A DNA stretch of 48,019 nt from Trichinella spiralis. Its lineage: Eukaryota. The number at the start of each line of letters is the position of its first letter. Positions within the stretch are counted from its first letter, which is position 1. Location: positions 3,385,703-3,433,721 of the forward strand of contig NW_003526940.1 of NCBI RefSeq assembly GCF_000181795.1, in the 5' to 3' direction. The notes below the pieces were generated by a model, which worked only from the letters and a program-made list of their open reading frames with translations, had not been told where the DNA came from and made no database searches. The translations under genes and the position numbers were made by a program. This document shows positions 36,480 through 48,019 of the stretch, in pieces.

Positions 36480-37960
36480 AATTCATCGTCTTATTAGTTT
36501 TCCTTATCTAATTGCTCATTGATTCAAACTCCTCAGTTGTGATTAGCTGTAATATTCTTCACTTCATTGGTTCAAATATTCCATTTAGGATTACGTAACT
36601 TTAATAGTGGTGACGTAACATTAATAATGAGAATATTCCTAATTTGGGAATTGTTTCAATCAAGATTTATAAGTTTTATCATTCATTGAAATTTTGTTTT
36701 TCCAATATATTATTTAGTTTATACTTTTTAGTGATCAACATTTTCAATAATAATTTTTATCATTATTCTATATTTTATTATACCAGAGTGACGTTATATC
36801 ACATGCGATAGTAATAATTCAGAAAAAACGATACAATACAAAAATAAATTAAATAGTGATTTTGATTTTTCACGAATCAAGAGCAGAAACAACAACAGTA
36901 AAGAACAGTCAACAACAACAACAACAAATAATCTAACAGTGAACAATATTAACAAAGTGGTATCAGAGAGATTTCAAAATCACAAATTATTGTTTGTGGA
37001 TTAAGACTGACGTAAGATCTTTATCCATACATAAACAATAGACTGCTGGCACCAGCTTGCCCGCTAAAAAGGTATGGATGGTAAGCAGTTTTTGATACAA
37101 TTGTGGTACAACCTTGAATGTACCATCCAATGCCCAGGTTCGCCTGGTTTCCATCAGTCTGATGTTAGAACCCGTAGCCAATACCAATATATGACTCGAT
37201 GCACTTTGCCACAGCAAAAAATCTTCACCGGCCATTGTTGTCCTGAATGCGTCAGGGATTTGCTAGTTCCGACGATGTTCAGGCAGTTTTAGGTATCGCT
37301 TTGACCGATGACTGTACATCGTGGACTTCACCCGCTTGAAAAGCGTAAAATGGCCAGATGCAGATGGCACAGCGGACGCGGCGGAAACTTCTTCATCGTA
37401 AATGGCGAGGATGGGTTTTGTTTCTTCCGCGATTCGTTTTTTCAAAACCGCCTTTTTTTCCATCTGTATGCTAAATGCACATCCACTGGGCAGCTTTCGA
37501 TGTGATCCTTCAGCGTGATCACATATGTCACATCAAGGTTTGTCCATATGACACCCTTGCCGCCTTTTTTGCCCTATATCAAAGTAACCTAACCCTTAAT
37601 AACGAAGGACACACACTGTACATTTAGCGCATACTTTTGAGCAAACCCAATGTTTTCTCTGTTTATTATTGTATCTCAATTCGTATATGTCCTTCCTTGA
37701 GAAACAAGAACGTACTTCCGCCAGGATTTGAAACAGAACGCAGCTCAGAAATATCAGCCATTGTGAAAATGATGAACAGAACAGAAAATGATTCAAATAA
37801 CTCTTGAACGCAAAACACAAAACTCAAACGCAGGACCAAACAAAAATGAATTGGACGGTTTTGAATTCCATTTTTAATAACTGTTGCAACAATTAGTTTT
37901 CATTCCTAATTTTATCTACAATTGGACATCAACTTGTGATATTCCTTGTGGCACTAATGC
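36480..37960 (-). mobile_element. Internally deleted FLYWCH-MULE (coding remnant 36987-37761)
   Basis: WALDGTFKVVP...AGKLVPAVYCLC; a deletion after KD gives the ending LTSVLIHKQ*. Confidence 0.88.
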
Positions 37961-38395
37961 CTCTTGTGGATTCTGATAAAATAAAATTAATCACATACAA
38001 TTGGTGCACAAATACTGATATCAAAGAACGGGATGTCCACTGAAGAAAGAATTTGAAGCAGCTTTAACTGCTATTCTGCTTGGTACTGTTCATCGCTTTC
38101 ATTCCGTTTTCAAAATGTTTTACTTTCATTTATCTGAGTTCATCAGATAAATTTCGTTTTAACTGGCAATTATATAAGATTTATGTTTAAGATGCGCTTA
38201 TCCATTTGTTAGAAATTGCTCTAATACAAAGGGAAAGTCAACAAGTGATAAATTGTCCAATGCTGCTGTTTGAATTAAAACCAGGACAAGCAACTGCTAA
38301 TTTTTGTTAGCATTGAAATCCTTTTCTTATTTTGCTTGGCCGATATCTGAAAATGTTTCTCGTTTGCAAACGAATTTTATCTTTAATCTTACCAA

Positions 38396-39886
38396 TGTTT
38401 CTTTTGCTCCTGTTCACCAGAGTTATTGTTTTCCTTCGTATATTTTATTTAAATAAAAAATTAAAAATCTGCAATATTATTTACAAATCAAAAAAATTTA
38501 GTATTATATATTTGGTGAAAATTGTAAACTTTCTATTTTTACAACTGAACGAAACCGACTAGTGCGTTGGTGAGCACTTAAATTGCTATCTGTTTTCATT
38601 TCCATTTGCAACCTTTCAACGAGCAATTGGCATATAAAATGGAGAAGAAGGCACGTCTTAGAAAAGGAAGTGCTGATGAAATGAATCCCAACCCCGCAAT
38701 ATATGATGAAGAAGCCTCTGTAGCGTCCGCTGAGCTTTCTCCATCCGGGCATTTTCCGGTTTTCAAGCGGTTGCGAGCCACAATGTTTANNNNNNNNNNT
38801 TAAACCCGTCTTAAGTCACCCAACGGTAGCGTTTCCTGATAGCATATGCTGAATCAGGGTGTCCATCACACCCCGTAGTGCCTGTTTCAAGCAGTCTAGC
38901 ACTCGTATCAATTTCCCGTACCGGAAGGAAAGCGGTAGCCAGGAACATTCTTATCTTTCTTCTTGTTCCTTCTTCTGTTCGATATTGTGTTTTCAGTCCC
39001 AGCTCACCGACTTTCCTATGTATTGCCTGGCATAAGTGGAACTAGTAGCCCTGTAGCCGATTATTCCGGAAGTAACCCTGAATCGCGGGTATCAGGGCTG
39101 TTACAAAATCACAGATAATGGTATCTGGATTAAGGCCGACCTTCAGAACTGCCGCTTTGTCTATTAAAGCTTGAAAAATATACCGGTACGTTCCAATGTC
39201 TTTACCCGTACATAAACAATAGACTGCTGGCACCAGCTTGCTCGCTACAATGGCATGTATGGTAAATAGCTGTTGATACCATTTAGGTACAATCTTGAAT
39301 GTTCCATCCATCCCCCAGGTACGACAGGCTGCCAGCAGTCTAATGTTGGTACCCGTCGAAAATACCAGTATATGCCTGGAGTTACTTTGGCACAATAAAA
39401 CGTCTTCCGCAGACTTCGTTGTTTTGAACTGATCTGGTATTACCAGATCATGGCGGTGTCCAGGAAGTCTGGGGACGCGCTTCACCCGATGTTTAAACAT
39501 TGTGGCTCGCAACCGCTTGAAAACCGGAAAATGCCCGGATGGAGAAAGCTCAGCGGACGCTACAGAGGCTTCTTCATCATATATTGCGGGGTTGGGATTC
39601 ATTTCATCAGCACTTCCTTTTCTAAGACGTGCCTTCTTCTCCATTTTATATGCCAATTGCTCGTTGAAAGGTTGCAAATGGAAATGAAAACAGATAGCAA
39701 TTTAAGTGCTCACCAACGCACTAGTCGGTTTCGTTCAGTTGTAAAAATAGAAAGTTTACAATTTTCACCAAATATATAATACTAAATTTTTTTGATTTGT
39801 AAATAATATTGCAGATTTTTAATTTTTTATTTAAATAAAATATACGAAGGAAAACAATAACTCTGGTGAACAGCAGCAAAAGAAAC
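38396..39886. repeat. Near-perfect ~390-bp inverted repeat (38396-38789 vs 39494-39886) across an N-gap
   Basis: ORFs 38606+ and 39677- encode identical peptides. Confidence 0.85.
38800..39680 (-). mobile_element. MULE transposase pseudogene, second subfamily, 5'-truncated
   Basis: WGMDGTFKIVPKWYQQLFTIH, IICDFVTAL; stop inside the CxxH motif (QGY*FHLCQA). Confidence 0.88.
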
Positions 39887-39892
39887 AGAATC

Positions 39893-41985
39893 TCATTGCA
39901 AGTTATGGCGTAATAGCATTGGTTCTATCGCCTAAACCAGGGATAGTCAAACTTCTTATATCATCGAACTCCTCTGGTTCCTCGCGACGCCTCATTGATT
40001 CCCTATGGATTCTTTGATACCTCCTCGACCCCCAAGCTCATAAAACAAGTTTTATTAATAATAAATTTCTTTATTACAATGTATTACACTTTTATTTATT
40101 TTTAATTAATCAAAAATTTTAATCCATCATAATTTTTAATCAAATTTATTCTTTCATTTATTCATTGTTTTCATCATTCCACACGTAATGACGTTTTACA
40201 ATGGCAGCAATGCTAGCCTTGTCAACGAATTTGGTAATGAAGAAAGCTATGCAGCGATTATCATGAGCAAAGTCAAAATTCATTACACAAGATTTTCTGA
40301 ATTTTCACTAGATCAACAATACACATATGAATTAAATTTCCTCTAAGCTAGCCAAATCATTTTCAGTTCAATCTGTGCAGCAGCTACGCTGCATCTGCAT
40401 AATTTTTAACAGACCCTTGTATATAATGTGAAGTCCGTACATACTGCACCAAATGTTTATTAAACATTTCACGATACCTTACATGAGCTGGAATTTCAGT
40501 ATTTGTGACCAGCATGATGCCATAGAAATGCGCAACGCATAGATTTAAGCGATAATACTGCTAGTCTGGAATTTTAACAATACATGCGGCACAATGTGGT
40601 TTTACAATACATTACAATTGGCGCTGTTCATTGCTTTCTTTCTGCTTTCAAAGTGCTTCACTTTTATTTAGCCATAAGAGTTTAAAATTAAAAATACAGT
40701 TTAAAAGAAGTGTCAGCCAACAGTTGCTTTCACTCGTCATATAAATTACCTTCTTAGCTAACAATTAAATAAGATTTACGCTGAATGTTCTTTTTTGTTT
40801 GACAGATATTGTTCTGATGAAGGCTGGTTGAAGTCTATTAAGTACAAAGAGAAAATCTAAAATTGATAAATTGTCTACAGCTGCAATTTTCAGCTAAAAC
40901 TGGGAGTGATGATTGCTGAATTTTAGCATCAAAACACTTTTCTGATTTTGCCTGCCTGTTCACTGAAAATGTTTCTAGTTTACAGAAGAATTTAATCTTT
41001 CCAATCTTTCTTTCGCTCCGGTTTACAAGAGTTATTGCTTTTCTTCTTATGTTTCATTTAAATAAAAAATAAAATCTGGTATTTTGTACAAAATACAAAT
41101 TTGTGATTATACATTTTGTGTAAACTGTATTAAATTTGTTTTTCAATATCTAATATAAACCGACATCTGGGTTGACTAAACATTCAAGTTGCAATTGTTG
41201 TATTACGATGATAACCAAATGTTGAACATTCCAGATCGAAAAGGATCTGTTGGATTTTGAAAACATTTCACCAAACAAATATGAAAGCAAAGAAAATTAT
41301 TTTTCATCTCACGCTATCTTCCTCTAGCAATGCATATGTTCCACCAAAATATTATCATTGCTAATTATCATCGACGGCAGGCATAAAGCATTTATTGATC
41401 TTTTATTTCCCGGCCTTGACCCTTCTGCAATGCAGCTAAAGCCTATTCAAGTACAAAGGGAGAATCTACAAGTGATAAACTTTTCAGATGCTGAAATCAG
41501 AAAAATAAGTCGATGCTAACATTAAGCAATCACCACTCCTTGTATTGACGGGCAACTGCAGTTGTGGAAAATTGCGTTCTATTTTTAGATGCCGGTGTGT
41601 CCTGTTTACATCAGTTTGGATGAAAGAAATAAGCGTTGTTTGCTTCATTTCTGTCCATCAAACTTGACAGTAGACAGAGAACATGCAACGGCGGTGAAAT
41701 TTTTTAAATCATATTACAAATACTAATCACTAAAAGTGCAAAGTGGAAAAGAAAATAAATAGAAGAAAAAGCAGCTAAAAACAATTTAAAAATTCCACTT
41801 ATCAAATTGGTAACGTCACTGATAAAACACTAAAAGAAATAAAAGATTACGTAATGAATTCTTATGTAATTAAAAATTTGGACATATGAAATGAAAAAAC
41901 TTGTAGCTAATCAAAGCAGAACAATTTTAATCAATGAAAAGTGTAGGCGGTAGGACCAATGCTATTCGCCATAACTATGCAATGA
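39893..41985. mobile_element. Putative non-autonomous element bounded by ~42-bp inverted repeats
   Basis: tcattgcaagttatggcgtaatagcattggttctatcgccta (39893-39934) vs the reverse complement of 41944-41985. Confidence 0.5.
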
Positions 41986-42305
41986 AAAGCAATCCAATGA
42001 AAACTCAATTTTTTTGCGAAACAATAGAACATTAGCTCTGAAAATTTTACCTAGAGAGACTATCCCTATAAAAATACATATATGCATGTTTCATAATGAA
42101 AGAAACTTTGTAAATATTGAAGTAAAATTCTTGGATTGTAAACGAGAAAGATTCAAATAAAACACTCCGCGTAAAATCAAGAAATTAATCAGATGCAAAC
42201 AATTTAGTAGTTGTCACTCCTTGATTAAGCTTGAAAGCAGCAACTGTGAACAATTTGTCAATTGTGCATTTTTCCTTTGTATTAAAATCGCCTTTACCAA
42301 CAGAT

Positions 42306-42637
42306 ATGATGTGACGAGAAAAGCGAACAATGTTTGACAAAGGTATATGCGTGAAATCATGCGTAAAATTAAGTGAAATTGCAAGCGTAACATTAGCATT
42401 TGTGCTATTTGTAACCCGGAAATTGGAAGTGCCACAACATTCCAGATTTTTCAAACAGATTGTTCAGCATTCTGACATTACACCAGAAAGTTAACATCCA
42501 ATCTTAATAAATTTCAACAGGCAACAAGTTTATTTACAAACAGTGGGGGCAGATTTATATATCAGGAGGGAAATCGGTAATAGACCGAAGAAGAAACAAG
42601 GAAGAAGTTAAGATTCACCTGGTTACTGCTTATTTAT
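42306..42637 (+). repeat. Copy of the 290-bp repeat fused to the MULE transposase end
   Basis: Matches 15545-15834, then continues agaccgaagaagaaacaaggaagaag as at 31490 and 2220-2287. Confidence 0.7.
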
Positions 42638-43468
42638 TTGGTAGACCTGGAGTATACATCATTGATGTGGTTTGATCACACTTTGTATACTTCACACTTT
42701 GATTGGTTGTATATTTTGCGAAGAACTCTGATTGGTTTTAAATTTTATTGGTTTACACAGGGGCTAAATTTCATTAAACGTTTTTTTTTTCAGCAAACGT
42801 TTTTTAAATTGCTATTCAGATTATTGCCAAATGAATTGTAATTAATAATGACCAGGTTGTTGAAAAATGCATTCCAATTAAAATACCAAACGCTCATTGC
42901 ATCGAAGCATGCACAGAACTGAAAATTTGCACCATATTATATTTTAATAACTTTCTAATTGAATTACATTTCGGAAACAAATTCAAAATAGTAAAAAAGG
43001 TTTTAAATCATTATAGTACACAATTAAAAAAAACTTATAACTTTTTGAATCAAACATTTAAGCACTTGCTTAAACAATACAAACAGATAAAAATAATGAT
43101 GAATAATAAATAAAATAAAAATTATCAACGGCTAACACTTTATTTAAATATGCTTTACTAAGAATAAACATTTTTTGCTATGACAAAAAATTTCTGCTAT
43201 CATACTAGCATAGATTACATATAGATGTGAAGCCCAAGTGCTTATCTTACAGTACGTCTTGTAATTTTCAGCATACAACTTGATTGTAAACCAAATTAAA
43301 ATGACAAAGATGTTGTTGATATGTCAAAGTCATTTAAGTCATACGTCTAAAACTTAATTATACATCTGATAAATTTAAAACCAAAAGTAAATAAACTGAT
43401 TGCACTAATATTTAAAGTAAATTCTTAAAATGTAGAGCGGAAAATTTCAAAACACAGAATCGTGAAAT

Positions 43469-44229
43469 ATGTACTTTAAATTTCACCTTCTTCTGGTTCT
43501 TTCTGTTGCTGCTTTCTGCATTCAACTACACAAGAAGAGTAAGTAATTGATTAACTAATCTTACAGACTGGATAAAAATCACAAATTCAGTTTGTTGGTT
43601 CTTTTCTTCTTAATTAATCCGTTCTAATAAAATCTTTTATTTTAGAAATAAGAACTTAAAATAACGGTCTCATTTACAGAATGTCGCGTGCATACTGATT
43701 GTACTGGTCAGCAGATGTGTGTAGAAGGTAGCTGCTTACCCTCAGAACCAGCAGGAGGATTGTGTTCGAAAGACAATGACTGCCTTTTGTCAAAGGGGCA
43801 GGCTTGTCGTTATGGAATCTGCATGATACCATCAGGTAATTCTGCTTTAGACTTCATACATTTTAATATTTTTCATTTCAAATTGATATGATTGCCAGTA
43901 TAAAAAACAATCAATGAGGAAAAGATACGTCATTAAATTTACTTCAGAAAATTACAAGCAAAATTTTGCATATACTCATGTTTTCAGAACCTCCAAAGGA
44001 ATGCATTAAACATACTGATTGCAAAGGACAGACAATATGTGTAAATTACAAATGCAAACCGGCAGTCCCAACTGGCTTTTCATGCTTTGGAACAGGAATA
44101 TGTCCATACTGTGGAGCATGCAAATTTGACATATGTTGGACAGAGTTACCAACAGTTGATAAAAAGCCAATGAAAGATGTTGAAAATATAATCACATCAA
44201 AATCAAAAATTCTAAACGTAACGTCCTAA
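43469..44229 (+). CDS. Secreted cysteine-rich protein, 3 exons, 155 aa
   Basis: Exons 43469-43538, 43680-43835 and 43988-44229 join in frame (phase-1 GT-AG introns, TTTTCAG acceptor). Hydrophobic N-terminus MYFKFHLLLVLSVAAFC; four C-x5-C-x5/7-C-x4-C repeats. Confidence 0.85.
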
Positions 44230-44829
44230 AAATATTGAACTTCATTTTATTCGGTTATTACATAAGCATTATTCATGTTAAACGTTAAAAGTTATAATAC
44301 TGACAGTATTAAAATTACAAAAAGCAATCCAACTTTGTAGAGAATTCAGCATACACAGTATTCTGCGTAAAATATTTTTTCAAATAATTATTCCAAGTCT
44401 CTATTTTACAGCTCATTTGTATTTTGAAATATTCTATATGCTCTTCCAAGAGGAAGGAAATTATAAAATTTTTGCGACACATCTACACTTTTTACTTGAT
44501 TCCATATGGACGCTGTTACTATTCAGACGTTCCGCAATTTCAGCACATTTATAACGCCAAGCAAACCTTGTTCTTAAATAACAAAAGTACAAACAGGAAA
44601 ATAAAGTAGAAGATACACGAATACAATGAAGGCTAGCCACTACGAAATTTACAATTCATCCATATTTCTTCTATATTGTCGTCACCACTACCACTGCAGA
44701 AACAGCAGACCTTGATAACGTAGAACACAAAAACATATGCGCGAACATAAATAAACGCCAAGATGACAGACAACTCAAGCACTGCAGTGGTGTATGAAGA
44801 GTCGAGTGGTTTCCTGTGCCACACATAAA

Positions 44830-45350
44830 AAATTATCGAAAGTTGTTTCCTCCTTTTCTACATTTCTTCAAAAATTCACCAATATGGTTCCGCATCTATT
44901 TCCAAATCACGCTTAAACTTAATCCAGCGAACCATATCTGAGTCCGTTTAAAAATTTTTTTCTTCTACTGCTTAAATGTATGCAGAATTTCCGCAACTCA
45001 TTTCAAAGTTAATTTGTCAGTTACATTAGTAGCATCATCTTCATAGGAGTCTTTTTCTTCATCAAGTCATTTTTACAAGATCTTCATCTGTAAGTTCACT
45101 CGAGTGCGATTCACTTAATTCCATTACTTCTAATTTTTGTAAGTCTTTCAAACTTTTGTTATCCACATGATGTGTCAACTTGACAGTCATCTTCACTGCA
45201 AGTACCTCTCCATCGGCAGGAAAAAACGTAGTTTTTGTTTCTACGCAATCTAGCTACAGATTAACTGTCTCAGCTTTCAATTTCCTAACGGATTTGTTAA
45301 CCGCTTAAAGGCTAAATTAAGTTCCTCTTGGCTGAGGGTCTCAATGTTTT
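44830..45350 (-). mobile_element. Tigger/pogo (TIGD1-like) transposase C-terminal remnant
   Basis: EVMELSESHSSELTDEDLVKM...KLTLK...DMVRWIKFKRDL...PY..IFEEM*KRRKQLSI, with stops. Confidence 0.7.
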
Positions 45351-45534
45351 AAAAATGGCTTAATTAGAAGGATATGAGGTACCTATGATAGATAATACGA
45401 CCTCATTCTGATTGAGAAAATGCACTTTTCTGGCATGTTAAAAAAGGGTACATTGGCATTCTGACTAATCAATTTTCAAAATAATATTCAAGATTACATA
45501 TTTTACATCATACTGTATGTAATACAAATGGCGT

Positions 45535-46402
45535 AGACCCTGAGTATTCATCAAAGACATGCCGCTTCACACTTTGATTGGTTGTATATTTTGCGTAGGA
45601 CTGTGATTGGTTTTGAATTTTATTGGTTTACACGGCTGCTAAATTTCATTAGATGCTGTTGCGATGAATTTTACTCGCTGTTGGGAATCTATATTTTACT
45701 GGTTCTCATTTTCCATGCATTCTATTTGTCAAATTTTGGTTTCTTTTTAATGGTCACTTTTTTATTCTAAGCTTTACTGTTTATCTTCTATATGTATATT
45801 AGTAGTAGCTAAATTATACATTTAAAAGCTGACTAGCACCTTAAAATTATACGTTTATTAACAAATTTGCTTGTGGTTTCATTTTTGTGTATAATTATAT
45901 TCATAGAACTGCTGATCAGATCTAAGAAATTTGTTTTACTTTAATTTAAACTGACTTGGTTTATTGCGTGTATAATATTGAGCATTTTAAAGGCCTTGTT
46001 CAAAAGTTTGCTTCCTATTTATTTGTTTCTTAATTTGATGAAGCTAAACATAAGTTTAAATTAAAGTATAAACTGAATTTAGAAGTTATGGAAGCTATTT
46101 GTAAGAAAGATCACGTGGATTCACCATTTCACTAAATTTCATTAAATAATTAATTGTAATTAATTTTACAACATAAATATCATAAAATAGTAAAGCTTTG
46201 AATATCAGAAAACTGACCATTAAAATGATATCAAAATTTGACAAATAGCACGCGTTACAATGACAACAAGTAAAAATTTAGGTTTGCGGCAACGAATAAA
46301 GCTCATCGAACAGCAACTAATGAAATTTAGCCGGCGTGAAAACCAATAAAATTTAAGGCCAATCAAATGTCGAGCGGCATGCCTTTGAAGAATACTCGGG
46401 GA
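45535..46402. mobile_element. Foldback/MITE-like element with ~200-240-bp diverged inverted arms
   Basis: 45535-45757 aligns with the reverse complement of 46212-46402; another arm copy is at 42645-42780. Confidence 0.6.
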
Positions 46403-46529
46403 GTAGACCAATGACAAAACTTCAAACAGACACAATAAAATTTTGGGAAATAATATTTCCTATTTTTTTTATGTAACGTCCAAACTATTTAAAGTTACGT
46501 AATCCAAAATGGGAAANNNNNNNNNNATT

Positions 46530-48019
46530 TTATTGTTCCAGTATCAACAAAAGCATTAGGACACAAGAATTTCACAAGTTGATCTTCGATTGTAGATAAA
46601 ATATGAAATGAAGACTAATTGTTGCAACAGTTATTAAAAATAGAATTCAAAACCGTCCAATTCATTTTTGTTTGGTCCTGCGTTTTGCATTCGAGAGTTA
46701 TTTGAATCGTTTTCTGTTCTGTTCATCATTTTCACAATGGCTGATATTTCTGAGCTGCGTTTTGTAACAAATCGTGGCGGAAGTACGTCTCTTGTTTCTC
46801 AAGGAAAGACATATACAAATTGAGATATACCAATAAACAGAGAAAACATTGGGTTTGCTCAAAAGTATGCGCTAAATGTACAGTGTGTGTCCTTCGTTAT
46901 TAAGGGTTAGGTTAGTTTGGTATAGGGCAGAGAAGGCTGCAAGGGTGTCATATGGACAAACCTGGATGTGACATATGTGACCACGCAAAAGGATCACATC
47001 AAAAGCTGCCCAGTGGATGAGCATTTAGCATACAAAATGGAAAAAAAGGCGGTTTTGAAAAAACGAAGCGCGGAAGAAACAAAACCCATCCTCGCCATTT
47101 ACGATGAAGTTTCCGCCGCGTCCGCTGTGCCATCTGCATCTGGCCATTTTCCGCTTTTCAAGCGGATGAAGTCCACGATGTACAGCCATCGGACAAAGCG
47201 ATACCTAAAACTGCCTGAACATCGTCGGAACTAGCAAATCCCTGACACATTCAGGGCAACAATGGCCGGTGAATATTTTTTGCTGTGGCAGAGTGCATCG
47301 AGTCATATATTGGTATTGGCTACGGGTTCTAACATTAGACTGATGGCAACCAGGCGAACCTGGGCATTGGATGGTACATACAAGATTGTACCACAATGGT
47401 ATCAAAAACTGTTTCCCATCCATGCCTTTTTGGCGGGAAAGCTGGTGCCAGCAGTCTATTGTTTATGTACGGGTAAAGATCTTACGTCAATCTTAATCCA
47501 CAAACAATAATTTGTGATTTTGAAATCTCTCTGATACCACTTTGTTAATATTGTTCACTGTTATGTTGTTTATTGTTGTTGTTGTTGACTGTTCTTTACT
47601 GTTGTTGTTGCTGCTCTTGATTCGTGAAAAATCAAAATCACTATTTAATTTATTTTTGTATCGTATCGTTTTTTTCTGAATTATTACTATCGCATTTGAT
47701 ATAACGTTACTGTGGTACAATAAAATATAGAATAATGATAAAAGTTATTATTGAAAACGTTGATCACTAAAAAGTATAAACTTCACTAATAATATATTGG
47801 AAAAACAAAATTTCAATGAATGATAAAACTTATAAATCTTGATTGAAACAATTCCCAAATAAGGAATAATTTCATTATTAATGTTACGTCACCACTGTTA
47901 AAGTTACGTAATCCTAAATGGAATATTTGAACCAATGAAATGAAGAATATTACAGCTAATCACAACTGAAGAGGTTTGAATCAATGAGCAATTAGATAAG
48001 GAAAACTAATAAGACGACG
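46530..48019 (+). mobile_element. Internally deleted FLYWCH-MULE (coding remnant 46737-47510), inverted relative to 36480-37960
   Basis: Same internal stop (PEHRRN*) and same deletion ending (LTSILIHKQ*). Confidence 0.88.

Noticed and set aside
38396..39886. Large palindrome as a functional hairpin
   Set aside because: One arm ends at an N-gap and the arms are almost identical; a misoriented contig cannot be excluded.

Overview
AT-rich eukaryotic DNA with short GT-AG introns. It is most consistent with a draft assembly of a clade I nematode (Trichinella-like; inferred from gene and transposon style, not proven) and has N-gaps with homopolymer errors at contig ends. The left half (1-26.7 kb) is a ~12,045-bp tandem unit in at least four partial copies. 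Each unit holds a split AGO-clade Argonaute: an open 5-exon N-domain part, no PAZ, and an L2-MID-PIWI part with premature stops. Between the halves sits a cassette of divergent, intronless, stem-loop histone genes (H2A, H2B, H3; no H4, but one orphan stem-loop). The main observation is that the intact H3 encodes both K27M and G34R, the two paediatric-glioma oncohistone substitutions. They lie in a rewritten 27-39 tail segment while residues 1-26 and the histone fold are conserved, and both H3 copies show them. The right half is mostly decayed transposons (FLYWCH-MULE, Ty3/Gypsy, Tigger/pogo, foldback elements) plus one intact 3-exon gene for a secreted cysteine-rich protein.
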